A DNA stretch of 59,330 bases, counting the filler, from Catajapyx aquilonaris (lineage: Eukaryota): the NCBI GenBank assembly GCA_000934665.2. It is 3 parts of 3 records of this genome, joined end to end, with 100 filler letters (N's around TTAATTAATTAA, not from the genome) between each part and the next. Parts side by side here need not be neighbours in the genome. Positions count along the whole stretch, not along the records: positions 19,820 to 39,526 come from JYFJ02006404.1; positions 39,627 to 59,330 come from KZ539530.1; 1 more part is not named here. One strand, 5' to 3'. A program made the translations under genes and the position numbers. Below are positions 37,587-50,359 of this stretch, one piece after another. The notes beneath the pieces are model-generated. The model searched no databases, was not told the origin of the DNA, and was given only the letters and a program-made list of their open reading frames with translations. How positions within the stretch are numbered: the stretch's first letter is position 1; every line of letters begins with the position of its first letter.

Positions 37587-37885
37587 TTTTCTTTTCTTTT
37601 TAATTTTTAATTTTTTTAATACCCCATGATAGGACTCGAGGCCCTCTTAGGGGGGAAGGGGGATTTCCCAAGGGAGGGCGCCGTGCATTAGTCATTTCTG
37701 ACATTCTTTAAACACCAGGCCTTTTCTCCTGGCCCTAGGCAGAGTAGGGAGTGCGAATCTGCCCCGCCATGTCGGGTGAAAAGCGGAAAAAGTTCCGACC
37801 AAGCAGAGCTGACGGGGACGGGATTTGAACCACAGCCTCCCGCTTGGCTGGCCAGTGGCATCACCATTAGACCACCATGCCTCCC
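37587..37885 (-). mobile_element. tRNA-derived SINE
   Basis: Minus strand GGGAGGCATGGTGGTCTAATGG (A box), GGTTCAAATCCC (B box), A-rich tail. Confidence 0.7.
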
Positions 37886-38032
37886 TCTTCCGCTTGTATT
37901 GTTGCACTGATATTTTAGAAATATCCAACTGGTTTTTCTCTTTCAACTGGTTGTTGGTATTTTATGCCTATCCCACTTTTTAACTGGAATAATGCTTAAC
38001 AAAAGTGCGTATAGTCAACACTTTATTGTTGT

Positions 38033-38216
38033 TTTTGCTATTCATAAGGGCGTATAGTCACTTTCGAAGGGACAGTCAATGAGTACATTAGTTTTGCAAA
38101 GAGGAGTGCAGGAAAAGAGAGTGGACTAAATAGTCCGCAAAAATCATACGGTCATCTCAGTGGAGGAGGTCAAGCAGAGTGGCCACTCTTCAGAGGAAGA
38201 AGATGCGTGTTGGACC
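38033..38216 (+). pseudogene. 5' remnant of a GR-4-type gene
   Basis: Colinear with 29085-29285 (tattcataagggcgta; gaggtcaa; ccactcttcagag; gcgtgttgga), reading EEVKQSGHSSEEEDACW. A smaller GR exon-1 fragment lies at 25800-25850. Confidence 0.6.
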
Positions 38217-38949
38217 AGCAAACATAAAATGCCATTGGTCTTCACTCCTCTTTAATGTTACATCCATATTGAAGGCCTAATTCTTAAATAATTTCCTAAT
38301 TCTTCTATAATTCCCTTGTTGTCATTTTTCTTCTTCAACGTATGGTGGTTGCGGCAACTGGGCGTAACATTACAAGAATAGTAAACCATATGGATGTGAC
38401 ATGCACACTCCAAGGAACAATCCCTATTTGAGTGACACATGTCTCGGATATAGTACCGGTTTCAAAATTCATCAGAAATCAGCAACTTTGGTAAATTGTA
38501 ATTATAAAATAATTTGCCTACATCAAATTAAAGTTAATAATTCTAGAAGCTTGTAATGGGAATCTAATACAGACATCGCGCAGTTACGTAAATGGATCGT
38601 TCCCAAAAGGTAAGACGAAAGGTCACATTTAATATTCCGAGTATGACATGTATAATTAACTGACACTTGTCATAATAATAATGAAAAGTCAGGGCTAGTG
38701 GCTATGCCGGTCCAGCAGAAAAATAAGGTTGCCGATTCGGGGAGGGACCGCCGTTGGTCATCAATGTCCACATCCCGTGGTGCCTTCTCGGTCTCGTTGG
38801 CAGCAGCATGGGAAAAATGATAGAAAGTGGAATTTCGGCTACCTCTAAAACTTTGAAATTTTGAATAATTCCAATAGATTAATATATGAAACTCCATGAC
38901 CTAATTGATGTCATAAACAAATCTACTGTACGAGAATACGTGAATGTAA

Positions 38950-39420
38950 AATTAGGGGGCACGGCAGTGCCCCCGCCAAGTTCTCGCCGCACTGCCGGAC
39001 CACCTTTACCCGACACAATTCACGTCATTTTGACCCCCTCGAATCTTCGCACTGGTGAACACACGTGGCTTCAAAATTTTTATTTGGGTAGATAAAAATC
39101 GATTAAAAATAATGCCCCCTTAAGTCCATGTTCATATCTCTTTTCATTTCCGACTTACAAAATCCTAAAAACTCCCAAAACGGCCAAAATGTGACACTCA
39201 CTGACTGACTGACTGACTGATCATCAAAATTATACGGTACTTCCCGTGGTCCTAGGATGCTGAAATTTGGTATGCTGGTAGATCTTGTCAAACAAACACC
39301 AGAATAAATCTGAAAACGGCACTTTTTTGAATCTAAATGCTCAAAAAAAATTATTTTCACGAAGTCTGCTGCTGCTGACCAGATGCGGCATTTTTAACAC
39401 GGATGACTTTTAACTTTGAA
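38950..39420. mobile_element. Helitron/Helentron-associated non-autonomous repeat (DINE-1-like)
   Basis: Hairpin GGGGGCAC-GGCA-GTGCCCCC (38955-38974), (CTGA)n at 39201-39220 and ctgaaatttggtatg motif; boundaries approximate. Confidence 0.45.
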
Positions 39421-39526
39421 TTTCCAGTTATGCTGGTGCTCCTCCTGCCTTCCCCACGTTCTCATCTCCTCACCCCCTCCCTTCCCCCCCTCCTGCATAC
39501 CGCTAGCCAACGACGTAGCCAGGCCC

Positions 39527-39626
39527 NNNNNNNNNNNNNNNNNNNNNNNNNNNNNNNNNNNNNNNNNNNNTTAATTAATTAANNNNNNNNNNNNNNNNNN
39601 NNNNNNNNNNNNNNNNNNNNNNNNNN
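39527..39626. other. Artificial contig linker
   Basis: 44 N + TTAATTAATTAA + 44 N. Confidence 0.95.
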
Positions 39627-40060
39627 ATATATCTGATAGCTATCATAAAATCTGATAACAAATTATTATGTAAAATCTTATTGGATATTAATACTAAAAG
39701 TGATATCGGATATAAACAATTATAACATCGGAAATCTATCGACAAATTATGATCATATCTGATATCCATATTAGATATCACAATTTGTCGATATCGACAT
39801 CAGATATTATCCTAATGTCGATATCAGATATTATCATAATATCGATATCAGATATTATCATAATATCGATATCAGGTATTATCATAATGTCGATATCGAT
39901 ATCAGATATCATAATATCGATATAGGATATTATCATAATATCGATATCGATATCGGATATTATCATAATATCGATATCGATATCAGATATCATAATTGAA
40001 CTATACCGACAAATTTTGATATCAAATATCGATGAATTCCGACAATATCGAATATCGGCA
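39627..40060. repeat. AT-rich minisatellite built from GATATC/ATCGAT palindromes
   Basis: ~24-30-bp units such as atcgatatcagatattatcataat. Confidence 0.85.
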
Positions 40061-42706
40061 TGGCATATGATAATGTAAATCGATTTTCTTTCTATAGGTA
40101 ACGGATTTCTTAGAGTGAACAGACACGCCCCCACGGGCGAACCAATGGGGTCGCCTGTATGACCGTGCGTCACAGTGAGGTTGCCAGGTGAAATACATAA
40201 ATGTAATTAACATGTGTATTTTAAAAAGGAATTCGACCGATATCAATTATTTGGTTCTGACATAATTTATGAACACTAAAGCATTATTTAGAATAGCGTA
40301 ATAGAAAAATTAAAATCAGCAACCTTGCCACATGGGGACTACTTTCAAGGCGAGAGACAAAAAAGCATCGGGATCCGTGCCCGCGTAATTTCGAAGCATT
40401 GTTCGAATCCAAGGCAACGGTGTTCGAATCTCTTCTTTTCACTTCTTTTCGGCGCGCATAAGCACCATCGGAATAAGTTGTCCGGCTCTGGCCATGTACA
40501 TGTTGTCATGGTGCCAAAGTGGTGGGGGAGGGAGGAGAGAAGTTTGTTTGGGGGCGGGGCCATGGGCCCAGCAGTTCAATCTAAGAAATCCATTGCCTTT
40601 ATTTTCAGCTATTTTCATGACATATTTGTTTAAAAATTTTAAAAAATTACCTTGCCATGTCAGTTTTCAACACATTTCCANTCGAATAGGCCTGTATGGA
40701 CCTGAAACTAAGTCATCCCTAACTTTGATTCACCCCTGCTTCACACCAATAGACCAATCACATTACAACCACCTCACCGGGAGGTAAACCCCCACACACA
40801 CCCAAATGAAATTTTTCTGATGAAACCCAGTAAAATCAGTCTTCCATTAACCCCCCCATCCCCCCCAACGCCACTCAACTTGTTAACAAACGAACAGAAT
40901 ACACCGGAGGGCGTCCGTGCCAAAACCGGCCGAGCGGATCATGGCCAGTCCAATTGCCGCCCGAGGGGGGGAGGGGGGAGGGGGGGGGGTATATAAAAAA
41001 CCCTACTTTTCTGTTAGGAAAAACTTAAAAAAAGGAGGTAGTTTCAGGGCGAGTGGGCCAACTTGGAGCGCTTTGCTTCCTCGTCATCCGCACGGCCGAC
41101 CATCCATCAAACGAAGAACTGCAGCTTACACCACGGTTCCTTTGTACCAAAAAAACGAACCACCAGATCCGTTCATTGGTTACCGAAAAAAAAAAATATT
41201 AAGGAAATAGTAGAAGATAAGGCCCCTTAGACATGCAAAAATAAAGTCATATTTTTTTAAAACATTGCAATCAACTAATCTACCGGTTCACACTGCCGTC
41301 TTTAGTCTTTTGTGTTCAGGCGCACAATACAGATAGCGAGAAGGGTATGCTGGTATTGTTGTCCACCGCACAGCTAATCCACCTTCCGCCATTTTTTTTA
41401 AACATCCCTTAGGGAACCACGGCCTGTAGCCAGATGGAACCGAAACGTCCCGATTGTTCCCCAATCTACCAAGCATACACGCCCATTTTTTTTAGGTAGG
41501 GGAATACATCAGAGAGAGCGTTGTTTTTCTCCCATTTCCCCCCGCTACACAACCCCTGAAGCACGAAAGGCAATTTGGCCACGAAATCACTTTCAAAACA
41601 AAAAAGAAAAAAAAATGGCAGCCAAAGTACATATTTTGGACAATTTGCAACGATGTATTCGGCCATTTTTTAATTAAGGGTGGCATAAAACTGCAAAAAA
41701 TTTCGTCGCGCCTTAGCTAAAGCCGGTCCTAATCTCTGGCTACATCCCGTGCCTTCCCTCCAAAATGGTTAATCTTCTTAAAACTAATGTGGCAATATCG
41801 CAGTGAGGGGGATACGAACTTTGCGGGGCCAACAGTCTGAGGTGTTATAAGACAGCCGGCAATTACGTAGGAAAGTTAACGAAGAAAAGGGGTGAGATCA
41901 GGTGTCAAGAAATTAGGACTGGCTCATATGCACACAAAAAAAAGTGTCGCTGAGACACGTATGTATCGTCAAATTGTCGGCTGAGTGTGGACTCACGTGA
42001 TTGTTGAGTATGCGAAATCACAAACTGGCAACGTCTGAATTCAACATTTGGTATACTCCAGCCTATATCTTGTAGCAGTCTGATCAATCAATTTTTATCA
42101 GCTGTGTTCAAGTGGTTTTCTCGGGGTTCTTAGTTTGCATGATCAATGGTAAATCCAGAACAAGTTGTGCTGGACTACATGTGATTTCGCATCTCAGGGT
42201 TCACGGTATTCTCCATTAAAATATTTAAAAAATCACTGGCAGTTCACTCGTGGGGCAAAACTGAAATCCAACCGCAAGATACACCAGGTTTCCGGAGCAA
42301 AGTAAAGGTTTATCACACGCTTTCCCCCCCTTATTTGGCGCTGACGTTTCCGGGACCATTATTAAGACAAATGTCTCCGTATACCGTACTTGTGCAGCAA
42401 ATGGACCAAGTGAGCAAACTGCCGGGAGTGGAATTCAGGAAGCAAATGCAAGGCCAGAATCGAAACGGTTTTGCAGAATCCAAGATGGCGGCACAGTCAG
42501 CGCCGCCATATTGGATTTTGTAAAGTGGTTGATTAGGGAAGTGGGGCCAACTAAGCCAACGTTTCGGACAGTAGAAAGAAACTGAATTCTAGCCTCCCAT
42601 GGCTCAACAGGACCAGCACAAGTAGCTCGTTCAAGTAACCAGCATACAGAACATGTCTCAGTAACAAAGAAGTAACGATGGCACACTGACACTCTTTCCA
42701 GTGGCT

Positions 42707-45700
42707 TCACTCGTCCCAGAGGCAGAACTGCTTCTGCGCCACATAGTACTCGAACAGATGGCACTGCCGACATGTCCTGATCCCGCACCGGTACGTGACC
42801 GCCTTCCCCTGTCCGTCCCGTCCCTTGCAGTACTTGAGCGAGCACGGGTACCAACCGATGCATATCTCCAAGTGGCACAGGCAGGCTCGGCTCAGTTCGC
42901 CCGTGTCCGGACACCGGATCACTTTGCTGGGAGGGAATCTCTTCACCGCACTCACCAGTGGCGACATGTCTCCACCAGCTGACAAGTAGAAAGGTCACAC
43001 AAATTAGCACAAATAATGAGCATCCACAACTTAATTTTAGACTTTTTCTCATCGAAAATACAGTAGCTCAGCTGTCCATTTGTCTGTGGACAGAAAGCTT
43101 TTTGCAAGAAAACTAAAATAAACATAATGCTAATTACAATACAATTTAAAAGCTCGCCGCTTCATTTCAAAGCATGCGTTTAATTGTTGGTTACACTTCT
43201 GATAGCCATTATGAGGCGAGTATTATTCTGAGGCTGAATAAATTGGCGCGTGTTACAATGGCGGCCTATCAGGGGTCCCTTTTGATGACTTAATTCATAA
43301 CATCGGGTCAACCACCTCCAAGAGGAGTGAAATTCCCTTCGACGTGGCCTTATATCAACCTGATCATCCATTGGCACCTGTCACCCTGTTGTTAAAGCCA
43401 CGGGAGCGTCTATATCGATTTGCTGTCAGGGGGGAACAGCTTGGACAAATAGGCCCGCCTATTGACACGCTGACACCCGGGCGTAAGGGCTGGGAAGCCA
43501 AGGCGACGGTTACGGGATTTGCGCCCGCTTGGAGAGTAACTAACGGCCATATTAATTAGGGATGTGGAGGGGGGAGGGGGGGGGGTATCGACGCGATTTT
43601 CAATAATCGCCGTCTGGGCCAGGCTAGACGGAAGGGCTATTGGTGGCTATGAACAATGCAGGAAGGCACCACCTGTCGATATACCCTGCGGTCGGGGGGC
43701 TTATATTCAGATGGGATGATAGCACCTTGCGCTATATATAAACGGCCAGGGCCAAGTGTGTCTAATGAGCCGGTTTATTCATGCTGTACTCTTACAAGAC
43801 GACACATGTTAGCTCATTTATACCGCGTAACCGATTTGTCTCGCTCCTTCTCTACTAAGTAAGGGTTAGGTTCGCTAAGCTCAGCTGTGCGCCTGCGCCA
43901 CAGCAGCGCAGGGATTGGATAAGCCATGCGCCTGCGCCACAGCAGAGCAGGGATTGGATAAGCCATGCGCCTGCGCCACAGCAGAGCAGGGATTGGATAA
44001 GCCATGCGCCTGCGCCACAGCAGAGCAGGGATTGGATAAGCCATGCGCCTGCGCCACAGCAGAGCAGGGATTGGATAAGCCATGCGCCTGCGCCACAGCA
44101 GAGCAGGGATTGGATAAGCCGTGCACCTACGCCACAGCAAAACAGGTAAAAGATAAGCCATACGCCTGCGCGGAAACTCCGAACTCTACCACCTTGTACA
44201 GGGGCCGTATGCACCGATACGGCTTATTTACACCCTCCATAACACCAAATGGCTACTAACCGCGCATCAGCACCTGCTTTTGCAAGACATCTGTGCTATC
44301 TGGACTACACCGACACGGCACTTCCCCTTTAACGTTGCAATTGCACAATTGTAATAAGCGAAGGCAGAGGCCGCGGTATAATAAGACGCTCCATAAAGCT
44401 CCCGTGCAGTTAGCAATCTCATCCAATTTCAAAATCAAGTGGCCGGCTCCTGCTAGCCACAGAGCGCATGTAGCATTAGCGCCACTGAAGCTGCTTAAGA
44501 CCTCATTAAACTATTCCCCCACGAGACTCTCTTCCATAGCCAACTACTTTCGCCTCTCTTTTTTTTTGAGGGGGGGGGGGTACNGGGGGTACGTTCTAAC
44601 CGGCCGGCTAGCGGATTATGAGCAGATGCAATAAAGGCCAGAATTGGCCAGGAGGATGGCCACTGCCAGCGCCTCTAAGTGAAGTCGTAAAAACAAAAAT
44701 TGGGGAGGTCCTGGCCACCATATTTCTTCTAAAAACACACAATATTTCCACCCCAGGCCACAACCTAATAAGAATTCGCCCCCCTCTTTTACCAACAGAA
44801 CTCCTTATCTCCCAGGTCCACTGCCTTGCAACTCACTTGGGCGCATCCTCAGGGCGTCCCCCCTTTTATCAAGAAGTAATTTCCCATCGCAATGCAATAC
44901 GGACGAAACGACGGGGGCCTCCCCGGGTCCTTGTTGTGCGCGCTACAACTGTCATTTCGCCGGATAATTCTATTAGTCCAGAACGTGAGGAGAGGCGTCG
45001 CATCTGAATCAGGTTTTGCGTCTGTGTGTCCCTGGCACCGCACGTTGGTGTGTGTGTAACACTTTCTGCACGGGAGGACTCCACGCGAGCTGAAATTGAT
45101 ATCTGTCCATTCCAAACCTCGGGGCCGAGCTGCCCCCAGGATTTATTGCGGGAGCCGCCCTCCCATTTTCTCTCCCTCCCCACGCTTGTTATCACCGCCA
45201 GTGTGCCACCACCACTTGGATAGGACATCCAACGGTATAGAACCGCTCTCTTCACCCTCAGGCTACCAGAAAATAGATATAAGCACACTGTACAGTCAGG
45301 AGTAAGGTAGCAGACCTGAAGCTCAAAACAGCCTCCAAGACCTCTCTTCCTGACAAGTCGTGAAGAACACGGAGGAGTGCCTCTCTTGGAGAGTTCTGCG
45401 AACTCAAAATAGCCATCAAACCTCTTTATGACAAGTGGTGATGAGTGAGGATCACTTCTCTTACGTTAGACTACTGAGATGCTATTTTGAGCGTCAGGTC
45501 TGCTACCTTACTCATAGAGGTGACTGTACAGGTTGCTCAACCCTAAGAGTTGGGTACCTGAGGACCCATCGTCCCATAAGCATGTGATAGGGTGTCGAAT
45601 AAACAAGTGCCACCCTTGCGCTTCGGCTACTAGGTCCCTCGAGGATGTTTAAACGTCTTGAAGCATCGACGGTGAGGGGGGGTAAGGCCAAGAGGATGCT

Positions 45701-48478
45701 CCTGAATAAAAGATGAGTGGGAGGAAAGGTTTAGTACAACAAAGGCCATTTCCGCTTTTATGAAGCAAAGGGAAAGGACCTTTTGCATGGACGAGACGGA
45801 TGCCAACCTCACCCATCTTTCTTTATTAGGCTTGGAGGACCGCCATGCGGAATATTTTTGCCCACCGTTTCAATTTACGTCCCTGGGCCAAAGGCGCGCT
45901 CTGCATGGTTAAATCACTGGACCCCCCTTTTTGCCTGTAGAAAGTGGTGGTGGGGGGGGGNNNNNNNNNNNNNNNNNNNNNNNNNNNNNNNNNNNNNNNN
46001 NNNNNNNNNNNNNNNNNNNNNNNNNNNNNNNNNNNNNNNNNNNNNNNNNNNNNNNNNNNNNNNNNNNNNNNNNNNNNNNNNNNNNNNNNNNNNNNNGGGG
46101 GGGGGGGTTATTTCCACTGCCTCTACTTCTAATAGGACATAGGCAATAACTGTCTAGGGAGGAAATATTTCCAAGCATTTCTCTTGTAAAGAACGTGGGC
46201 TTTGCTGCAAATGTGTGGCGGGCAACTTGTCTCTTCATTACTCGCACTCTGAAAAGGCTTTAATGTAAGTGTCGAGTCGGAGTTACGTATGGGGACATGG
46301 TGGTGTAAATTCGCCGCAGCCCAAAATGTAGCTTCCCATCAGGATGTACGTCATTTATGACTCGAATCGCTATTTACACGTACCGGTACATTGCGGTTAG
46401 CTGCCTCTTGTTTGCAGCGAACGGTACACCGAGCACGCTCTCAAACTTATCCGTACCGCAGACGGGCTTTAATAGCTGTCGTCGTAAATGCGGGAATATC
46501 CAACTGAAGGGTGGAGTTGGCGACGTTCCTGTTTGTGGGTGCCTTGAGACGACTAAGTTCTCTCAAAGTTTCACACTTTCGTATATACATGCCAAACAGC
46601 CCTGGAAGCGGTTTCCAACGCATATTCTTAGGGTGCGGCTCACTCTCCCAGCCATTTTGAATCCACACGCCAATTAGGCCCGCGGTTTACACAGCGGTCT
46701 GTCACACGAGTCAACTTTTCCACGCACCAAATCCCGCGAACCCGCCCCTTCCACTTCAGCCCCACTTGCGCCGCCCGAAATAATTACAGATCGTGACATC
46801 CACCATCGTGACATATTCATGAACCGGTAGCATGCATCTGTAACATGCAGCACGTACTCCATAACTCTCTCTCTCCCCGACACCACCACCTCCCAGTCTC
46901 CTAAATCTTTCATTCGTCATCGAACAGACCAGTCGATACAATACCCTTTCCCCCCATCCCCCCTCCCCCCCCCCCCAAAAAAAAACTGTCGCACTTTTCC
47001 CTCCGTCGTGTCAGCGGGAAATCAATTGGTTGCTTGGGAAAATTCGCATCTTGAAGTCCCCCTCCTAACCACTCCCTCCGACAGCNGATGGGTCGTGTTC
47101 CATCCCCGGGTCTGCCTTAATGCATCTCGATCGACGACACTTTATCTTTTCTCACGGAAGGGAGGCGCGCCTCTCCCGGGCCGCCCCCGGACTGCAAATT
47201 AATTTCCCCCCTCCCGCCCCCTCTTTGCTAATGGAAGGGACGTGATCTAGCCCCCAAAATGCGCTTGGATAATTATACAGAAAAAAAAGTACGGCTTTAA
47301 ACAATACAACCGGTTGGGATGGACACTTGTTGCACACCCAAGTCGATCAACATATTTATTTTTAAAAAAAAGGTGGTCGAAATTGAAACCTCTTATTCTG
47401 ACCTTGCCCCTACATAAGCCAAACCCTGGAATTGGCCGCGACCGCGTGCTAGGAGGGGGTGTTGGTGGGGCTAACATGGTCCATAAAGCCGGCCAGGCGG
47501 TCAAAAACCAATATTTACGCGGTCTAGCTAGGGAGTCTGGCATAACTCCCAACTGCAACAGTTCATTCCGTTTAATAGAGGGTAACGCCCCCTTTCCCAG
47601 CCTCGACGGTCGATAAATCCTCCCCCCCTGGTTGCTCCCTCCCCAAGTATTCCTTCCCCCAACTTTCTCATCTCTTTCCCTTTTGCGAAAACGACTCCGC
47701 CAGTGTCGATCATACAGCTGCTGCTTCAGCAAACGTTGCTTTAATCGCCCTAGTCCTCCCGTCCGATCGCTGGTCGCTTTTTTGGGAGGAAAAAATCTTC
47801 AAAGACAGACCCCTGCTGTTCACACACAGTAAGATGTGTATCCTGACTGTTCAGGGCTACCCATCATGCTTTGGTGTATGCCGGGCAGTATTACTCTCAG
47901 GATGAACCCCTGGCAGGCAGACTTCCCGGCATACACCCAAGCGTGATGGGCAGCTCTGAACAGTCAGGATACACATCTGAACAGTCAGGATCTACACCTG
48001 AACAGTCAGGATCTACACCTGAACAGTCAGGATCTACACCTGAACAGTCAGGATCTACACCTGAACAGTCTGGATCTACACCTGAAAGCGGATACTTACG
48101 CCTCTGAGCGGCCCAAAGTTTAAGATGTGCTTCTTGGGCGTATGTTGCTTCGGTAGCTTCCGCACATACGTTGCGTAAGTGCGGAGAGATGATACCGGAT
48201 TGTGCCAGGTCCACGAATAGATCCAGAGGATGCGTGTCTCTTCCCCGGTCCTCTTCTGGCGTCCGGATAGTGCCAGGGTTTTTCTGCAATAAATAGCGGC
48301 CATATTAAGGTCAATCGCAATTTGGGATCATCGATGGACATACCTGTCTCAGCTTGGCCATTGCATCTGCTGCGATGAACTCTCCCTTCTGGTATCGCAG
48401 CACAAAGCACATGACCTGGTACTGGCTTTGGCCTCGTTCCTCTTCTCCCAGGACCAACGCCTTCAATATCTGCACTTC
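42707..48478 (-). CDS. oaf: Out at first protein, last three coding exons (5' exons not found in window)
   Basis: Exons 48478-48344 (EVQILKALVLGEEERGQSQYQVMCF...DAMAKLRQ), 48283-48100 (KNPGTIRTPEEDRG...SPHLRNVCAEA) and 42978-42707 (...WYPCSLKYC...YRCGIRTC...YYVAQKQFCLWDE*). GT-AG boundaries with phases 0 and 1 are consistent; motifs are characteristic of the OAF family. Confidence 0.92.
43885..44170. repeat. 39-bp minisatellite, ~7 copies
   Basis: Unit GCGCCTGCGCCACAGCAGAGCAGGGATTGGATAAGCCAT, head-to-tail with no spacers. Confidence 0.95.
45288..45531. mobile_element. Small MITE-like inverted repeat
   Basis: ctgtacagtca..gagtaaggtagcagacctga.gctcaaaa.agc matches the reverse complement of 45481-45531. 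Confidence 0.6.
47832..48085. repeat. Hairpin (~54-bp stem) whose right arm runs into a 21-bp tandem array (x6)
   Basis: 47832-47885 pairs with 47925-47978; unit CTGAACAGTCAGGATCTACAC continues to 48085, next to the oaf donor at 48099. Confidence 0.9.
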
Positions 48479-49403
48479 CTGGAACGAGCAAGAGAAACGC
48501 TGCAATTACCAAATGTGCTCCCGGATCTCCCCCCCATTTTCTTTGACACGACCCAAAATTCTTTCCCGCCTTAGATTTAATTACTAGCTTCCCGGCACGT
48601 CCTTCAAAATTTCCTTCCGCGCTCCAAGGCCACGTATTGATCAATTTCTAAAACGAATGAGGTTATAGAAAGATCGATCAAGCCCCCTCTTAATGCGCCT
48701 AAGGACAACTAGTTTTTCCCCCCGAATAAAGGAGTCGAAATTGACGAATTCGGGAATCTGTAATCATATGATGCTGGCATACAGCCCAATGTTTACCCTT
48801 GTAGGTTGATCCGAATGCGGCAGACTGCATTTATGACACTCAAGGCGACATTTAAAGCAATTTACATGTACTCCCCCACACATAATGAGAATCCCCCATC
48901 CTTTTTTCTCCAGAAACATCACCAGCCAAGGGGGCATAAAAGCAGGCGTCATCCGGATTGGCGGGAACTTGCTGAATAAGTCCACCCTCTCTCGTCGTCG
49001 TCTCAGCACCGGGATTACACTCCTGAGGGAAAAGGATTCACCTCACTTGAAAGGTTTACCACCTAATTCGACGCCGAGAAACGCAATGCTGGAGATATCC
49101 CCCGAATTCATTTACGCTTCCCTAGGGTCAGATCCCGGTCCAAACATCCCGCTCCCCCCTTATAGGCCCGGTCCTCTACGGCGTCGAGTCGCGTCGCTCA
49201 GACGACGCGACGCTCCCAAGGCTTACATTACCGCCACAGTTTTATCGGGTTTAAAACTCGGGACCGCTTCTGATCTGACCAAGGTACAGTGACCCTGAGA
49301 GGAAAATTTCAGCAGGGCGAAAACTTAATTTAGCCAATTGTCCAGGGTGAGTCATCATCTCCGCTCAGCAATGTGCATGTAGTTCCACTACCCCCTCACC
49401 GGC

Positions 49404-49618
49404 TACATGGTGCTTCATAAAGGCTTGTTTGCCCCCTCACGATTTCAGCATCGGTCGCACGATCAGACGCTTTGCGATTGTCGGTCGCACGATCAGACGC
49501 TTTGCGATTGTCGGTCGCACGATCAGACGCTTTGCGATTGTCGGTCGCAAACCGTCTGGTCGTGCGACCGATGCTGAAATCGTGAGGGGGCAAACAAGCC
49601 TTTATGAAGCACCATGTA
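49404..49618. repeat. Hairpin (~65-bp stem) with 30-bp tandem repeats in the loop
   Basis: tacatggtgcttcataaagg...acgatcagacg pairs with cgtctggtcgt...gcaccatgta; unit TCGGTCGCACGATCAGACGCTTTGCGATTG, ~3.3 copies. Confidence 0.9.
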
Positions 49619-50359
49619 CCGGATACGCAGGGTCGTATAACTGAACACTGCCGACGTGTGCATAATGTAAGGTTCTTCCCGCAAAAGCCGCATTGGCTAC
49701 CTCCTGTCTCTCGCACTCCTATACCCGTCATTTACCCGCAAAATTATTCACACCAGTACCACCAGGCTTCACCCCCACTCTCTCGCACAAGCATTCTCCT
49801 AGCCCCTGCTCCGGAATATCCGATTCCAGATACATTTGAAATGCAAATGAGAGGGGGGGATCCTGAAAACACGTGGAGGTTTTTAAGTCAATAATTCCGC
49901 CTTTCCTTTCTAGGCCACGGTATCCGTCATATGTTACTGTGAGTGCAAGAGTGGATGTGCTTTACTATATTTCGGGAGGGCCGCAGATCTGACACGGATC
50001 GGATAACTCCACTCTAGCTTACCAAGAACCAACATTCGCCATGTATATGCCCTACTCTTATTTGCCGATCTCGTCTCAACCCAAAAATTCCCAATTAAAA
50101 ACCAGCCCGAACTTCGCCCCATAGTGACACGTCCTCGTAAAAGAAAAGATCCTCACAAGAATAGTCTCCCCAATGAATTATGCGGCACCAGCGTGTTTTT
50201 CATCCCGCTCCCAAGACTTCCCTCGCCGCCATGAATCAAAAGGAAGGGATCTAATTTGCGATCCCCCAAAAGTGGAGCAAGGGCGCTGGATGATCACCGG
50301 CACTTGGTCGCATGTTAATGACCGTGGGTCTCCTGGAAACGCATAATAACCGCTTAGAG

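Noticed and set aside
18013..37885. tRNA genes
   Set aside because: The A/B boxes belong to SINE heads followed by bodies, simple-repeat tails and in two cases TSDs; no complete cloverleaf seen.
42435..43052. 205-aa minus-strand ORF overlapping oaf
   Set aside because: Alternative frame across the oaf last exon with no recognisable motif; its start lies in the intron.
43885..44170. CRISPR-like array or repeat-protein ORFs
   Set aside because: Head-to-tail 39-bp units with no spacers, in a eukaryotic intron; the ORFs are by-products of a unit length divisible by 3.
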